From the NCBI GenBank assembly GCA_028023455.1, contig JAQFVV010000006.1, positions 15,252,001 through 15,316,000 on the forward strand: a stretch of DNA of 64,000 nt. The letters are read 5' to 3'. The translations under genes were made by a program, and so were the position numbers. How positions within the stretch are numbered: position 1 is the stretch's first letter; every line of letters begins with the position of its first letter. The DNA comes from Epiperipatus broadwayi (Eukaryota; Animalia; Onychophora). The notes beneath the pieces were generated by a model. That model was not told the origin of the DNA. It saw only the letters and a list, made by a program, of their open reading frames with translations, and did no database searches. Below are positions 24,132 through 36,802 of this stretch, one piece after another.

Positions 24132-24631
24132 NNNNNNNNNNNNNNNNNNNNNNNNNNNNNNNNNNNNNNNNNNNNNNNNNNNNNNNNNNNNNNNNNNNNN
24201 NNNNNNNNNNNNNNNNNNNNNNNNNNNNNNNNNNNNNNNNNNNNNNNNNNNNNNNNNNNNNNNNNNNNNNNNNNNNNNNNNNNNNNNNNNNNNNNNNNNN
24301 NNNNNNNNNNNNNNNNNNNNNNNNNNNNNNNNNNNNNNNNNNNNNNNNNNNNNNNNNNNNNNNNNNNNNNNNNNNNNNNNNNNNNNNNNNNNNNNNNNNN
24401 NNNNNNNNNNNNNNNNNNNNNNNNNNNNNNNNNNNNNNNNNNNNNNNNNNNNNNNNNNNNNNNNNNNNNNNNNNNNNNNNNNNNNNNNNNNNNNNNNNNN
24501 NNNNNNNNNNNNNNNNNNNNNNNNNNNNNNNNNNNNNNNNNNNNNNNNNNNNNNNNNNNNNNNNNNNNNNNNNNNNNNNNNNNNNNNNNNNNNNNNNNNN
24601 NNNNNNNNNNNNNNNNNNNNNNNNNNNNNNN
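24132..24631. other. Assembly gap (500 N) inside the family B array
   Basis: Run of N; the same unit start lies on both sides. Confidence 0.99.
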
Positions 24632-24784
24632 AATAGCTGAAAATACACACGCTTTATATATAGCTGCGTCTATATATGTAATAGACAGGGTATGAGCACA
24701 GACTTTCACATGACCCACCACTCTCCACACTATCTCATAACACTGATACACCTGAACACACATATGTTGAAAAGATAAATAATC

Positions 24785-24828
24785 ACCAATATACGTATTT
24801 CATGCTAAACCAGCAATCATCAGTTGGT
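24785..24828 (-). ncRNA. Type I hammerhead ribozyme motif, family B
   Basis: ACCAA-CTGATGA-T-TGCT-ggttt-AGCA-T-GAAA-TACGTATA-TTGGT; palindromic helix III ATACGTAT, AUA site. Confidence 0.75.
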
Positions 24829-25257
24829 CCAGATTACCATCTCTACACATATATGCTACAAGTGCTCAGATATATATTAAGATAGCAAATTCTCCTACTT
24901 TAATGGACAGGCCTCAATCCACTCCACACTCCAACTCTTCAACCGTCCATCCAATTGAAAATCCGATGATGGAACGCTCAAAGGCCACCCTGAGGCCGAG
25001 ATTATTGTCACACCCATGTTGACCTAAAGTCAATCTGACCCCTCATGTACAGGACATAATCCATTAAATACATATACAAGGGATAGGCAGACATCTCTAA
25101 TATGTAATAGCTGAAAATACACACGCTTATATATAGCTGCGTCTATATATGTAATAGACAGGGTATGAGCACAGACTTTCACATGACCCACCACTCTCCA
25201 CACTATCTCATAACACTGATACACCTGAACACACATATGTTGAAAAGATAAATAATC

Positions 25258-25301
25258 ACCAATATACGTATTTCATGCTAAACCAGCAATCATCAGTTGG
25301 T
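25258..25301 (-). ncRNA. Type I hammerhead ribozyme motif, family B
   Basis: Identical motif 473 bp from the previous one. Confidence 0.75.
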
Positions 25302-25589
25302 CCAGATCACCATCTCTACACATATATGCTACAAGTGCTCAGATATGTATTTAATGGATTATGTCCTGTACATGAGGGGTCAGATTGACTTTAGGTCAAC
25401 ATGGGTGTGACAATAATCTCGGCCTCAGGGTGGCCTTTGAGCGTTCCATCATCGGATTTTCAATTGGATGGACGGTTGAAGAGTTGGAGTGTGGAGTGGA
25501 TTGAGGCCTGTCCATTAAAGTAGGAGAATTTGCTATCTTAATATATATCTGAGCACTTGTAGCATATATGTGTAGAGATGGTGATCTGG

Positions 25590-25633
25590 ACCAACTGATG
25601 ATTGCTGGATTAGCATGAAATACGTATATTGGT
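25590..25633 (+). ncRNA. Type I hammerhead ribozyme motif, family B (inverted copy)
   Basis: ACCAA-CTGATGA-T-TGCT-ggatt-AGCA-T-GAAA-TACGTATA-TTGGT; the only change is in loop II; predicted cleavage after 25628. Confidence 0.75.
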
Positions 25634-26984
25634 GATTATTTATCTTTTCAACATATGTGTGTTCAGGTGTATCAGTGTTATGAGATAGTGTGGAGAGTGG
25701 TGGGTCATGTGAAAGTCTGTGCTCATACCCTGTCTATTAAGAAAGGATAGTCTAAATGTGTAAGCAATATGACAAGCATTAAATAAAAATTTATCAAACT
25801 GGAAAAGTATTGTAGTTTTATAATTACAATATAAAACAATGATAATAGGTTTCTCCTAACATCAAACCATCCATGAAGATATACTACTTTGTTTAATTTT
25901 GCTTGGTGGTGTTTTCTTATTTAAACTTTTATTAGTAAACTTTGTATTATTTATTTAAATTTGGCTGTTTGTTTACCGTGTCTGTCTCTCAATCATTTAA
26001 TAAATATGTCTCATACGTTGAACTGAATTAGTGTCAAGGGCAAGTAATTTATTTTGTTAGGTCTGATCATCATTAGTGAATATTTGCTCACCCCAAATAA
26101 TTTCTTTAGGTTCATTATGTAGCCTAATGACACCCTCGAATGATGTGCTTAACTCATGTACGATATCCAGTACAATATATTGTACTGGGTCGACCCTTTT
26201 GCTATAGGGTATACAATATTCAGTTAATATGGGGTTTTAATGCAATTTACCATAATATGCATACATGCTACACATTCACATGTCTATATATTTTTTATTC
26301 TATTTATTGAATGTTACATACAGGTATAACTGATTAATGATTCTTTTCTATGACCAAATTGCATCGCCTTTGCAAATAAATCAATAGCAAAGTACCTGGA
26401 AAATACGATATTTCCTGGCCATCCAAACCTTGGACATTTTATATTCTATTTGTCTACAATAGCAAAAGTAGATCTAAAAAAATAATTTGAACAGTCAAAA
26501 AGTTAATTATTTCAGGATGATTTTTCTTTTTTTCTTATGAAATCCGTCCCTATGCTTATATAACTAAGTAATTAAGTGTAATAGCGTTCTTTAATTGAGG
26601 AAATTAAATAGCCGAATTTTATTTTTAAAATAGTATTTAATAAACAAGAAATAATCAAAATACAAATTATTCATTAATACATATCCCTACAAAACATTAC
26701 AATGTATACATTATTAAAAATAAATATGAACATTACAAGCAACCAAATTAATCTTTGACATTAATAGCTATAATAGTTATTGTTAATCATAATTATTAAA
26801 TAACCTAGTCAGTCCATTAAGAGTTTGTATATTTAAAAGTTAAATGAATATAGAGCTCTCATTCACCTTACCAATAATATTTATTTTAATGTAGGTTAGC
26901 ATATACAGACCATGGACATATATTTTAAGTTTTTATGCAATACTGCGATCCATGATTTTAGAGTGAAGAATTTTCTAATTGGCT

Positions 26985-27240
26985 TGTTGACTCACATCAA
27001 GGCATCATCTCAACAGGACTGGGAGAAGGCAACAACTGTATCTGGAGGCTTAGCAATGCATTTGGTTGGTGGCTTCTCCAAAGGTAAAGACAAACACAGT
27101 AAATCATTCTATACAATTATTTGGGTCTTATCTGATTTAAACAGGCAAAAACTCTCCATATAGTAGTGCCACCTTGTGCTAACCAGAGTAATCAATAGAT
27201 GCCAGAAGGCATGAGATGGTGATCATGTGATGTTTAGTGG
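26985..27240. repeat. Diverged dispersed relative of family A
   Basis: GGCAAAAACTCTCCATATAGTAGTGCCACCTTGTGCTAACCAGAGTAATCAATAGATGCCAGAAGGC and GTGATCATGTGATG align with the 457-bp unit. Confidence 0.6.
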
Positions 27241-28077
27241 TTTATCTGTATGATTTGCTGTCTGATGAAAAATGCAAGCACTAGTTACAAGAAAAATTGC
27301 TAATAATAATAATCTAACAAAAATTCTGTTATCTTTTATACCCTATTTTCCATGTATCTACCTTGTCACACCCTTTCTTCTTTTTTCAGAAAAGTAATTT
27401 GCCCCCAATTTTTTTTCATATAATTTATTTCAAAATTAATTATCAGTGAAATTCCTATTTTCTTATGTTTTAAATGTAGTACTCATTTCTGACAGCTAAA
27501 TGAGTCTTTTCAGCCAAATGAAATGAAATAACTGTTTAATACATACAATTTATTTATACCATATTTTTACTAATTATATTTCTAATTACATGCGTTTCTG
27601 ATTGAAATTTCGATCGGCCATTTTTAATTTGTGAGATAGATATAATACCTTCCCTCCTTCATTAATCATAGGTAATTATGTTGATTGCAATTTTTCCATA
27701 TCACTTTTGGATCTTCATGCACGTGTTTTTTTTTTTAATCTGGATGGTCAAACAAATAACTTATTAGAGAAGCATGATTTATTTTTCTGATTTTTCTAAG
27801 TTTCTTTCAGCAATCTCCCCCTCTCTTCTAAGAATGCTAAATACATGTACCAAATTAACAGCACGATATATATTAGAATTAAACAATGTTGTCTTTGAAA
27901 CTGGTTTTTTTATTGAAGAATACTATAATAAACCTCATATAAAACTTATTTTACTCTACAGACATGCAATATAATTATTTGGTTTAATTCAATTGTGACT
28001 GAGAAAGAATTTACTGTAATAGATATCTATAAATAAACAACATTGAAATTTTGGTATGCAGTATCTCAAGGAAATGT

Positions 28078-29857
28078 AATGTGGATGAATATAAACAAAA
28101 ACATATATAAGATAAGCTTAATGTCTGTGAAGTTTGCAGAGTTTGTTAAAGAAACCTTAATGGGTGATTATTAGTTTAAGTAGGCCATTTTTTTTAGAAA
28201 GGAGAACAAGTCTTTCTTGTTAATTGCATTCTTATCTCTGGCAATGTGACAGGCTTCTTTCAGTTTACATTTGGCATTGTTGCACTCAACACATACAATG
28301 GTGCCAGAAGTAGAATGACCATTAGTGGATTGGTCTTCATAAAAAATTGATTTGGTATCTGTTTGGATTTGAGAATGTGTATATGTACTCATATTATGCT
28401 AATTGTATAGATAAGTTGGCCTTCAATTCATCATAATATACAGAGTGGCAGTTGGTGTTTGGACATATATGATTTATGGTTTTTTGGGGAGAATATTTTT
28501 TGTGTTGTTAATAAGTCAGTTAAGACGGGAAGGAGTGCATAGAGCAATTTAGTAGATTGCAGGGCAAATTTTAGTAAGGCGATGAGTAATTCTAGGGATG
28601 TATAGTAATGAAGAGCAGTTTGTTATCAGCTACTGGCGGTGGGTGTCTAAGCTTCAAATAAGGCCTCACAAATGATTGGTGAGTGACTTAGTGATCAATT
28701 CAGCTTTGACCTAGTCACCCTTGTGTCTTCATTTGAATGCGTTTTTCAAATGTAAACTATACTACTCAATGAACAAAATTGCTTGGCATTGTTAGATATC
28801 ACCAAGCTATATGGCTCTATCCTATACAGCCTATCAATTCAAATCATTAAGAAAGCTCTCAATAGGGTCAATTATAATATGCATAAAATAGAATTTATTC
28901 TCGAATGTCTTTTTTTTAGCCTATAAACGTTCATGATGCCATATGCTGTGAATCCATTATTCCAAATCCCACAAGCTAACTGGTTTAAAAGCTTTTTTAT
29001 ACTGCAATCATCATTAGTGTTTGAGTCAGATAAGAAAAATAATACTCACCCTTATCATTCAGACTTGTGCAACATTGGTTACAGAAACAAAATCTTAGTC
29101 AGATAAGAAAAATAATACTCACCCTTATCATTCAGACTTGTGCAACATTGGTTACAGAAACAAAATCTTAACTCAAACTATTACAAATTTTTATTTTAAG
29201 CTTAGACACCTACCCCCCGTAGCTGCTAATAAATTCTGGTTTTCATTACCATACATTCCTAGAATTACTCATTACCTTACAAAAATTTGCTCTGCAACTC
29301 ACCAAATTGCTCTATGCAATCATCCCCTTCTGAACTGACTTATTAACACAAAAACATTCTACCATCAAAACAGAAATCACAAATTGTACACAAGACCACA
29401 TGCCCTCACACCAACTGCCATGCCATGTATTATGATGAATCAAAGGCCAACTTGTCTATCTGCTTAGCACATCAGTACATATACAACTGTGCTCAAACGG
29501 ATACCAAATCAATTTATTATGAACACCAATCCTCTTCCAGCCATCCCTTTAAGCTACATCTGCCACCATTGCATGCCTTGAGCACACCACCAAATGTAAA
29601 CTGAGAGGCCTGGCACATTATGAGATAACCCAATTCCCACTTTCCCTGTCTAAAAAATGGCCTACTTAAACTAATAAGTGTTCAATTATGCTAATCACCA
29701 TTCACATTTCCTTCATAAATCCTACAATCTTCCCCACTCTCGACGGTTGCCATGACTATGACTGATAGAGGTCAAAAGTGCACTAGGCAAAAATCGGTAA
29801 CTTTACAGATTTTAAGCTTATCTCGTATATGTTTTTACGTATATTTATCCACATTAT
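28078..29857 (+). mobile_element. Degenerate Penelope-like element with an inverted partial copy at its 5' side
   Basis: Plus strand: RT segment LALLDITKLYGSI..IIKKAL (~28780), WFSLPYIPRIT (~29240) and GIY-YIG-like CPHTNCHAMYYDES..YEHQ (~29400-29640). 28078-28675 is an inverted diverged copy of the 3' part (KCKLKEACHIARDKNAIN). Confidence 0.8.
29024..29169 (+). repeat. 73-bp tandem duplication
   Basis: AGTCAGATAAG..ACAAAATCTT occurs twice, at 29024 and 29097. Confidence 0.9.
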
Positions 29858-31796
29858 TGAAGCCTTTCTGAAAGTAAAGCTCATTGCAGCATCAGTCATA
29901 TCAAAAAAATCTGAGGATTAGTAAATAATAATGTGGACATAGTTGGGTTCCATGGATTGGTTTGTATAATCATAGAAAAACTCATCTTAATATTTTATTT
30001 TTTTTCTGAGTTTAGACCAATAATGCACAACCCATGGTTGCGAGTCCTCAGGGAATCATATAAAAATTGTTGGAAGTTGTGATATTTTTATGAAATTATC
30101 TTGTATAAATGACATTTTTTTAAAGAATTTAATTTTTAAAAATAAATAAAAAATCACATGAAAATATAATTGCTTTTGTATGTATCATAATTTTTTTTGT
30201 AAGTAATAAAGTCATGCATCATGTGACTTAAATTAATAAGCTTGTACTACAAATCTAATATACTGAGCATGTTAATAGCTCTAAACAAGCTTTTCCAATA
30301 AATGCCACAAAGGAAGCATTTAAAACCCCTTATCTAGAATTACTCCTACTCACAAACCAGTTTTGAGCTAATGTTTCAGACAGTTCATTTCAAATTGTGT
30401 TTAATAGTAAACAATATTAGGAAATATAAATTTGTATATTAATTAAAATTACTATTATTTTATTATTCAAATTCACATGCATTTATTCTTCTATATAATG
30501 AAGTTCTTTCTTTCTTTATAACCTAAAGCCGAGTGTAGTTTCGGTGAAATTCATCATAATCAACTTTAAAATTAATTATCCTTTATAATTTAGGTATAGT
30601 AAAAACAAATAATGGATCACATCAAATTTTCAGCTGAGGAAGGGGTCACAGTTGTAAAAAGATTGAGCATCACTAGTTTAGAATGTCCATACTTTTTATG
30701 AATCAAGTTGTGGACAACTTACAGCAATTAAACATTTCAGAATTGAATAATAACAGATGCAACTATGTGTGGGATCTCAAGTGTAACAAAATTTATAAGC
30801 AGTGTTCTTCACTCTACTACAGAGCCATGTGCTTTTATTTCAAATTACTTATTATAACAAAATTGTGATTTTTTATGCATATATCAAATTAAAGAAAAGC
30901 CTTATTTACAAAATATTACTTTTTTTATTTTATTACAGAACATTATTAAAAATAATAAAAAAATACAAAATAATAAACTAAGAATTTATTATCTAATTTT
31001 TTTTTTATTACAAAAAAATAAGTTTTAACACTTCTTAGTTCCAATATATATTAAAGAAATGTGTGTAATAAAGATATTTATATTTTTAAATTTAATGTGG
31101 TTCAGAGCAGAAATAGAAGTGGATTTCAGATGAAGTAAAAAAAAAAATCTCAGCTTGATCAATCAAAAGGAGTTTTTGCACTTATCCGATATTTTAAAAC
31201 TCCAAAGTTATTAAATCTCCCGAGAAATTAACTTCATTTATGTATTTTATTTAATGTAAATATGGAAAAAAATATTAAAAAGTAAAAAAAACTTTTATGT
31301 AATATTTGAATAAAACACATACAATAAAATCTATTCCTTATTTTTACTTTAATTCTGACAATATATTTATTCACTTTCCCACTGACATAGGAAAGCATAG
31401 CTATTTAATCATCAAATTTTAGATACACACAAGAGATGATATGATATCAGACCAAGATTTCAGCCAGAAATCTCTCTTTATTAATTAAAACTTGAGAATT
31501 ACAACATACAATTACTTTTTTCAAAAATTATTAAAACAGAATGCAGTTGTTTTTGGATTAATAGTTCCATCTCCCACATTAACACCTTTTATTATTAAAT
31601 TTACTTCAGTGACAATCACATCATTTTCTTGAAATATACTGTACATATTTTTTTGTTTTTCGATTAAACTATCTAGAATATTCACTTATTTAAGAATTTT
31701 CTCTCCTCTCATTCGTTTTCCCATTTAAGTCTTTTAAATTCTCACCCAATATTTTTTTAAATTTTCTTCTCTATTTTTGGACTTAAGTTTTTAAAA

Positions 31797-31976
31797 AATA
31801 GTTTCAAACCTCCCTAATAATGAGACTTTAATACAGTTCCCTATGTTGTGGTGACCCCCAACCTTAAAATTATTTTTGTATGTAATGGAGTTGGCACGAT
31901 AATGATATCACACTGGATACTCCAATGGTCTTAGGCGACCCCTGTGAAAGGGTTGTTCGACCGTCGAGACCCGCTG
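31797..31976. mobile_element. SPIN/URR1-like hAT MITE
   Basis: TTTAATACAGTTCCCTATGTTGTGGTGACCCCCAACCTTAAAATTATTTT and ATGGTCTTAGGCGACCCCTGTGAAAGGGTTGTTCGACC closely match the URR1/SPIN termini as I recall them. Ends CCGCTG, followed by ATCTAAAG (NTCTARAN-type target). Confidence 0.75.
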
Positions 31977-33400
31977 ATCTAAAGCAATGAAACCTCATTC
32001 AATTACATGATCCAGAGAGGCGTAAAATTCACTGTGGATCATTTAATGAAGTGATTGTCCAATTGTAATCTTCCAGATCAACAAAAGCAGGGCACAAAAT
32101 GTTTGCTGAAACAAATGACAAAATTGTTTCTCAAATATTCTATTAATTAAAGCAGATGATAGTTATTTCCTGAAATGGATATAGCTCAATATAAAAATAA
32201 GATATACCAGAAAATAAATTTAATACCCATCATCAAATATATATAATAATTTTTTCTTTACACTATTTCATACATATCTATCATTGATAAAAGTAGAGAT
32301 TAAAAAAGTGACTTTTTTTCTCAGTTTAAAAGTATTACAAAAAATTATAAAACACAATATTTCTAATTTTCTCTGATCTTTCGTTAAATTTCATTACTGA
32401 CACAAAAATCTTCTATTTATTTATTAGTCTTCCTTCTATTTTTATTAAAATTCACAAACATAACATCCCACACACATAACAGACAAAACAAAAAAACATG
32501 ACCTTTTGTTACCATCAAATGAAATGAGAACATCTGAGTGGGCATTGATTGACTGATCAAATATTTCTAATTATGATCCATTTAAATAAAAAGTGAATAT
32601 TACAAAATCAAAAAAGAAAAATCTGGATAAATAAATAAAATGTATCTTCCCAATATTCCAAATTGTAGATAATTACTTCAGTTCTCTTCAGCAATCATAT
32701 ATTAAAATATTAAGTGCATGATAACTGGAGATTTGAAAAATCTTTTAATTACATAAAGCAAAGTAGTTCTTTGATGGAGGTACATATTCAAAATATGAGT
32801 ATATATATTTTCAGTCACACCATTTAAAGTAGCTTACAAAGCATGATATAATAGTGATGGTGCCAATTATTTCCCTTCAAAAATAGAATGTGATAATAGG
32901 CTTAGTTAAATACTAGAGCCGACACATTTAATAACTACTGCAAGCATACCAAGAAATAATTAACACATGCAAGCAGTATTTATTTACAAAATATCAATTT
33001 TAAAAAAAAAAAAAAAGAATAATGTACTTATAACTATATAAATAACAACAAACATCGTATTTTCAGACTAACCACAAGCATCGTATTTTCAGACTAACAG
33101 AAGACAATGCCGAAAATAACAATGCAAAGCATTAATGCCAGTATAATAATTTGATCATCACATATAGATTTGTATTGTTCATACATTAATGCTGATATTT
33201 TAAAAACTACACAACACAAGCTCACATTTATAATTCTTTTTACAATTGTCAAAAATTATATTAGAATAAACAAATTATGCTGTTGAGTGTAAAGAAATAA
33301 AAATCCATTCAAGATATCTTTAAAATCAATTTTATTCTGAATTGCCGATAACCATCAAATCTTTTTACAAATTTCCAAAAAAACTATATATTCTTGATAA

Positions 33401-33429
33401 TTATCTTGTACCACTTCTTAATGAAGAAC
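33401..33429 (-). CDS. Probable last coding exon of the minus-strand host gene (GSSLRSGTR*)
   Basis: Strong acceptor T12-GTTAG; phase 1 matches the donor of exon 36529-36572; stop TAA at 33401-33403. Confidence 0.55.
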
Positions 33430-35439
33430 CTAACAAAAAAAAAAAAGTAATAATTGTGTATTCATGATTTTGCCAGTTACTCATGTATATGTGTGTGCTT
33501 ACATATGTTAAATAAATATTCTATAACTTTCTGACTGTCATATGTGAAATCTATGAATAATTGAATTATACAATATTATGTAATAACGCTTCTCTTAATA
33601 ATACAATACCCCCCCCCCCCCATGGCAGATGAAATATAGGACATTTTCTAAATATGATAAAATGAATATTTTTCCATCATTAAACAAAATTTTATTATAT
33701 GTTGATTGTTTTATGATTGAGTCGAGTATAATGACAATATGATAACAATCAAGCCCTATTAACATTATCAAAAAGTGCAATTTTAGGCAAGTTTATTCAA
33801 AATCTGGCCTTAGAATAAATAAGCAGCAAAAACATGCCAGAAATTTCTCAGATCGGCTTTCTTATTGTTTTCAATAAGGATTGAAAACTTTTTTTTACTT
33901 ATTCTTAATTCTAATGCTGGAAAATAAAAATCTCAATTTGATTAGAATAAAACTGTCACATAATTTCCAGGGCAACTGATCATATAATTATATATATGAA
34001 TAAAAGCACTTTCTATTAGCTGATAATTTAACTAAAACAAAATAAGCTTGAATTTTATTTATATAAAGCAGATTTCATATGTGGAAGTATAAAAAAATAC
34101 AATACCCATCATTAATAAATGTAATGAACTTTACAGATAACAAGCATGCAATATTCCAGATAGGTAACAAATTATACTCACACCGCCCCCCCCCCCCCTT
34201 TATTACCATTATTATATTTACATCAGTAAAGACAGTCTTATTTACTTTAAGAAATTCACAACTATTAATATATTGCCTTTTACACATTAATAAACATCTG
34301 AATATATAATTAAATAGTGATAATGTTTTTATCTCTCTCAATACTAATATGCTCATTTTTATATATTAATCTTTCATTGGAGTTAATGTTTATATCTGGG
34401 CTAGAAATACGATAATCTCTAGTCTAATAAGTGATTAATAAATAATCATTAATCTACGTATATAAAGTAGGTGGTGATAAAGATATGAATGAAGAAAATT
34501 TGCTATTTGTAAATCAAATATATATGCTTACAACAAGAATCTTAAAAAACAACCAAAAAGAAGCATCAACAAATGAAAAGATTTATGTATAAATTACATT
34601 CTAGAAATAAATAAGTTTTCTAATTAGGACTTTTTAGAGGATAATATCTAACAATAAGGTATTAAGTTTTGTGATTTATAACTTATCACCAATTATCATT
34701 TAGGGTCTATAAAATGAATTAAAGCAATGGAATAATCATTGTTTTCAAAATTGATTGTTATAATTTTAAATTTGGTTTTGCAATGTTTTTCTCTTTTTAT
34801 TTCTGTTTTATAAATATTATTTTAGAATTTAGGCATCAGTAAAAACAACAAATTAGGTTATTTTTTTTCTTGGATTGGATTTCAAGACATGCATAACATG
34901 CCATCCAGAGCATCCCCCAGATTGCAGCTAAGGGAATGGCCTTCAGATATGAAGGTTAGCTATGAATAAACGAAGTAAATAAGCAGTAACTGACAATAAG
35001 ATAACATTTATTATTAGAAAGTGGTGAAAGGGGACAGTGGCATATTTACTTATATAAAATGCCACAATTCCTATGATGGTAAAGGTGTAATGGCGAGTGT
35101 TGACCGCCATTAAATAAGGCAATACCCTGCTCGGTGCTGGACAAGCAACATCATTTTCTTCCAAATCGGGGAAGATCACTATAAGTGACAACAAACACAA
35201 CAGATTAAGGTTATAATAAAAGTTGCTCAGCAAAGGCTATGGGAAACCACTTTGCTTTATAATTCATTGTTGTTTTTTTTTTTTACAATAAGTATGTCTA
35301 CAAGATTCATTCAAACTGGTGTTGAGATCTTAGCTAAGGATGGCTTTGGTGTCATGCCTGGCAGGAATAGACATAAGCTTGAGTTGTAAACCTGTAAAAT
35401 TCTCATAAAGATTATTCACTGAGAGAAGAAATATTGAGA

Positions 35440-35765
35440 ATTGGCACATGGAGTGTAAGATTATTGAAAAGAACTGGAAAATTTGAAGAGAAATGATAAT
35501 AAAATAATATGGATGTTATAGGATTAAGCAGAGTGGTGTGGAAAGGATGTGGAGAAGTAAATAGTGGTAACGATTTTTTATTATGGGAGTGATTGAGCAG
35601 TAAAAGGAGATGGCCTTGCAGTTAGGGGAAAAAATTTGGAATAGCATGGCAAAGGTAGATCGTGTTGAGGATAGACTTATGGATATAAGGCCTAAGGATT
35701 TGATATTCATACAAATTTATATACTATCTACCAGTCATGATGACATTGAAAGTGAGGATCAACAA
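35440..35765 (+). mobile_element. RTE/BovB-type LINE AP-endonuclease fragment
   Basis: ELENLKR..DVIGLSRVVWKGCGEV..DRLMDIRPKDLIFIQIYILSTSHDDIE matches the CFDP2-like/RTE endonuclease pattern. Confidence 0.75.
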
Positions 35766-36528
35766 TTAATCATTATTTTAAAAAGCCATTAATATTATTA
35801 TTGGTCTTGATAACGATTCAAAAACCTTTCTTAAAAGTCAATTTTATATTCACCAATACCCGAGAATGCAAAACCACAATAAAAATGGAAATATAAGAAC
35901 ATAACATTGCAAGTCAGATTAAGTGCATTTCCAAAGTTTTTATAAGATTCGAGTTAATCATAATTAGCCATTAGAGATTAATCAAAGCAAGGCTAGAGGT
36001 GACTTCTTTAAAGCAACGCCGTTACAGAAGTTCCACACTGCAAGGTATTTTAGTCAGCAAAATCAATAAATATGGAAAAAAAATTTGCAAATAAAACAAA
36101 ATTTATAATAAGATCTTTCAGGGAGTTTCTTGAACTACAGTGAATTTCCGACCAAAATTATGAAATGCAAAAAAAATTATATAAAAATATAAATTCTTTT
36201 ATGATATTTCCTTTTAAATTATGTCAAAATGTGTGCATTTATATATATAAATTGTATAAGCATGCTTGTGGGAATGTTTATTGGAAAACTTTTTTAAAAA
36301 AAGTTTGAAATCACACTTCTTATTAATCCTCTTGCATAGTAAAGTTTTTTCTTTCATATCTTCGCAAAAGAGCTAATTAAGTTTTTTTTTACTGAATGTT
36401 TAATTACTACAGCTTATTCATAAAACATTATATCATCTTTGTCTGAAGTTACATAAGTGCATTCAAACACTATTTTTTTATCTTTACATATGAAGATATT
36501 TGTCAAAAGATTTTTCATTTTAACATAC

Positions 36529-36572
36529 CTGTCCTTAATGTCATCGAAGTAGTTGGTTTGCTAACACTTTTT
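36529..36572 (-). CDS. 44-bp internal exon of the host gene (RKSVSKPTTSMTLRT)
   Basis: Acceptor TTTTTAG, donor CAG/GTATGT; open in the phase (2) left by the large exon. Confidence 0.7.
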
Positions 36573-36802
36573 CTAAAAATAAAAAATATCATTCAAATTA
36601 TATTAAATGATTAAATAATAATATAAAAAGCAGTAACAAAGTTTGTTACGACTATCATTATAGAATTTATTGTCTAACTTTAGTAAGTGCTAATGTACCT
36701 ACCTCTTAATAATAACTAAATCCATTTTTACAATATTTCTATTTATTATTTAAAAACTACAAAATATTTAATAAATAAATGCAAGTTATCTAATTTATTT
36801 AC

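Larger units (their letters stand above)
24107..25737. mobile_element. Retrozyme-like family B: multimeric insertion of a 473-bp hammerhead-bearing unit, tandem and inverted
   Basis: Unit start AATAGCTGAAAATACACACGC at 24107, 24632 and 25105; inversion at ~25345. The array is bounded by the 14-bp direct repeat TAAGAAAGGATAGT (24093-24106, 25738-25751). No real ORF. Confidence 0.88.

Noticed and set aside
24013-24763. Three ~200-aa ORFs in the track
   Set aside because: They are artefacts of translating through the 500-N gap.
34900-35240. 96-aa hydrophobic minus-strand ORF in a GC-richer patch
   Set aside because: No recognisable domain in any frame; probably a decayed retroelement next to the RTE endonuclease fragment.
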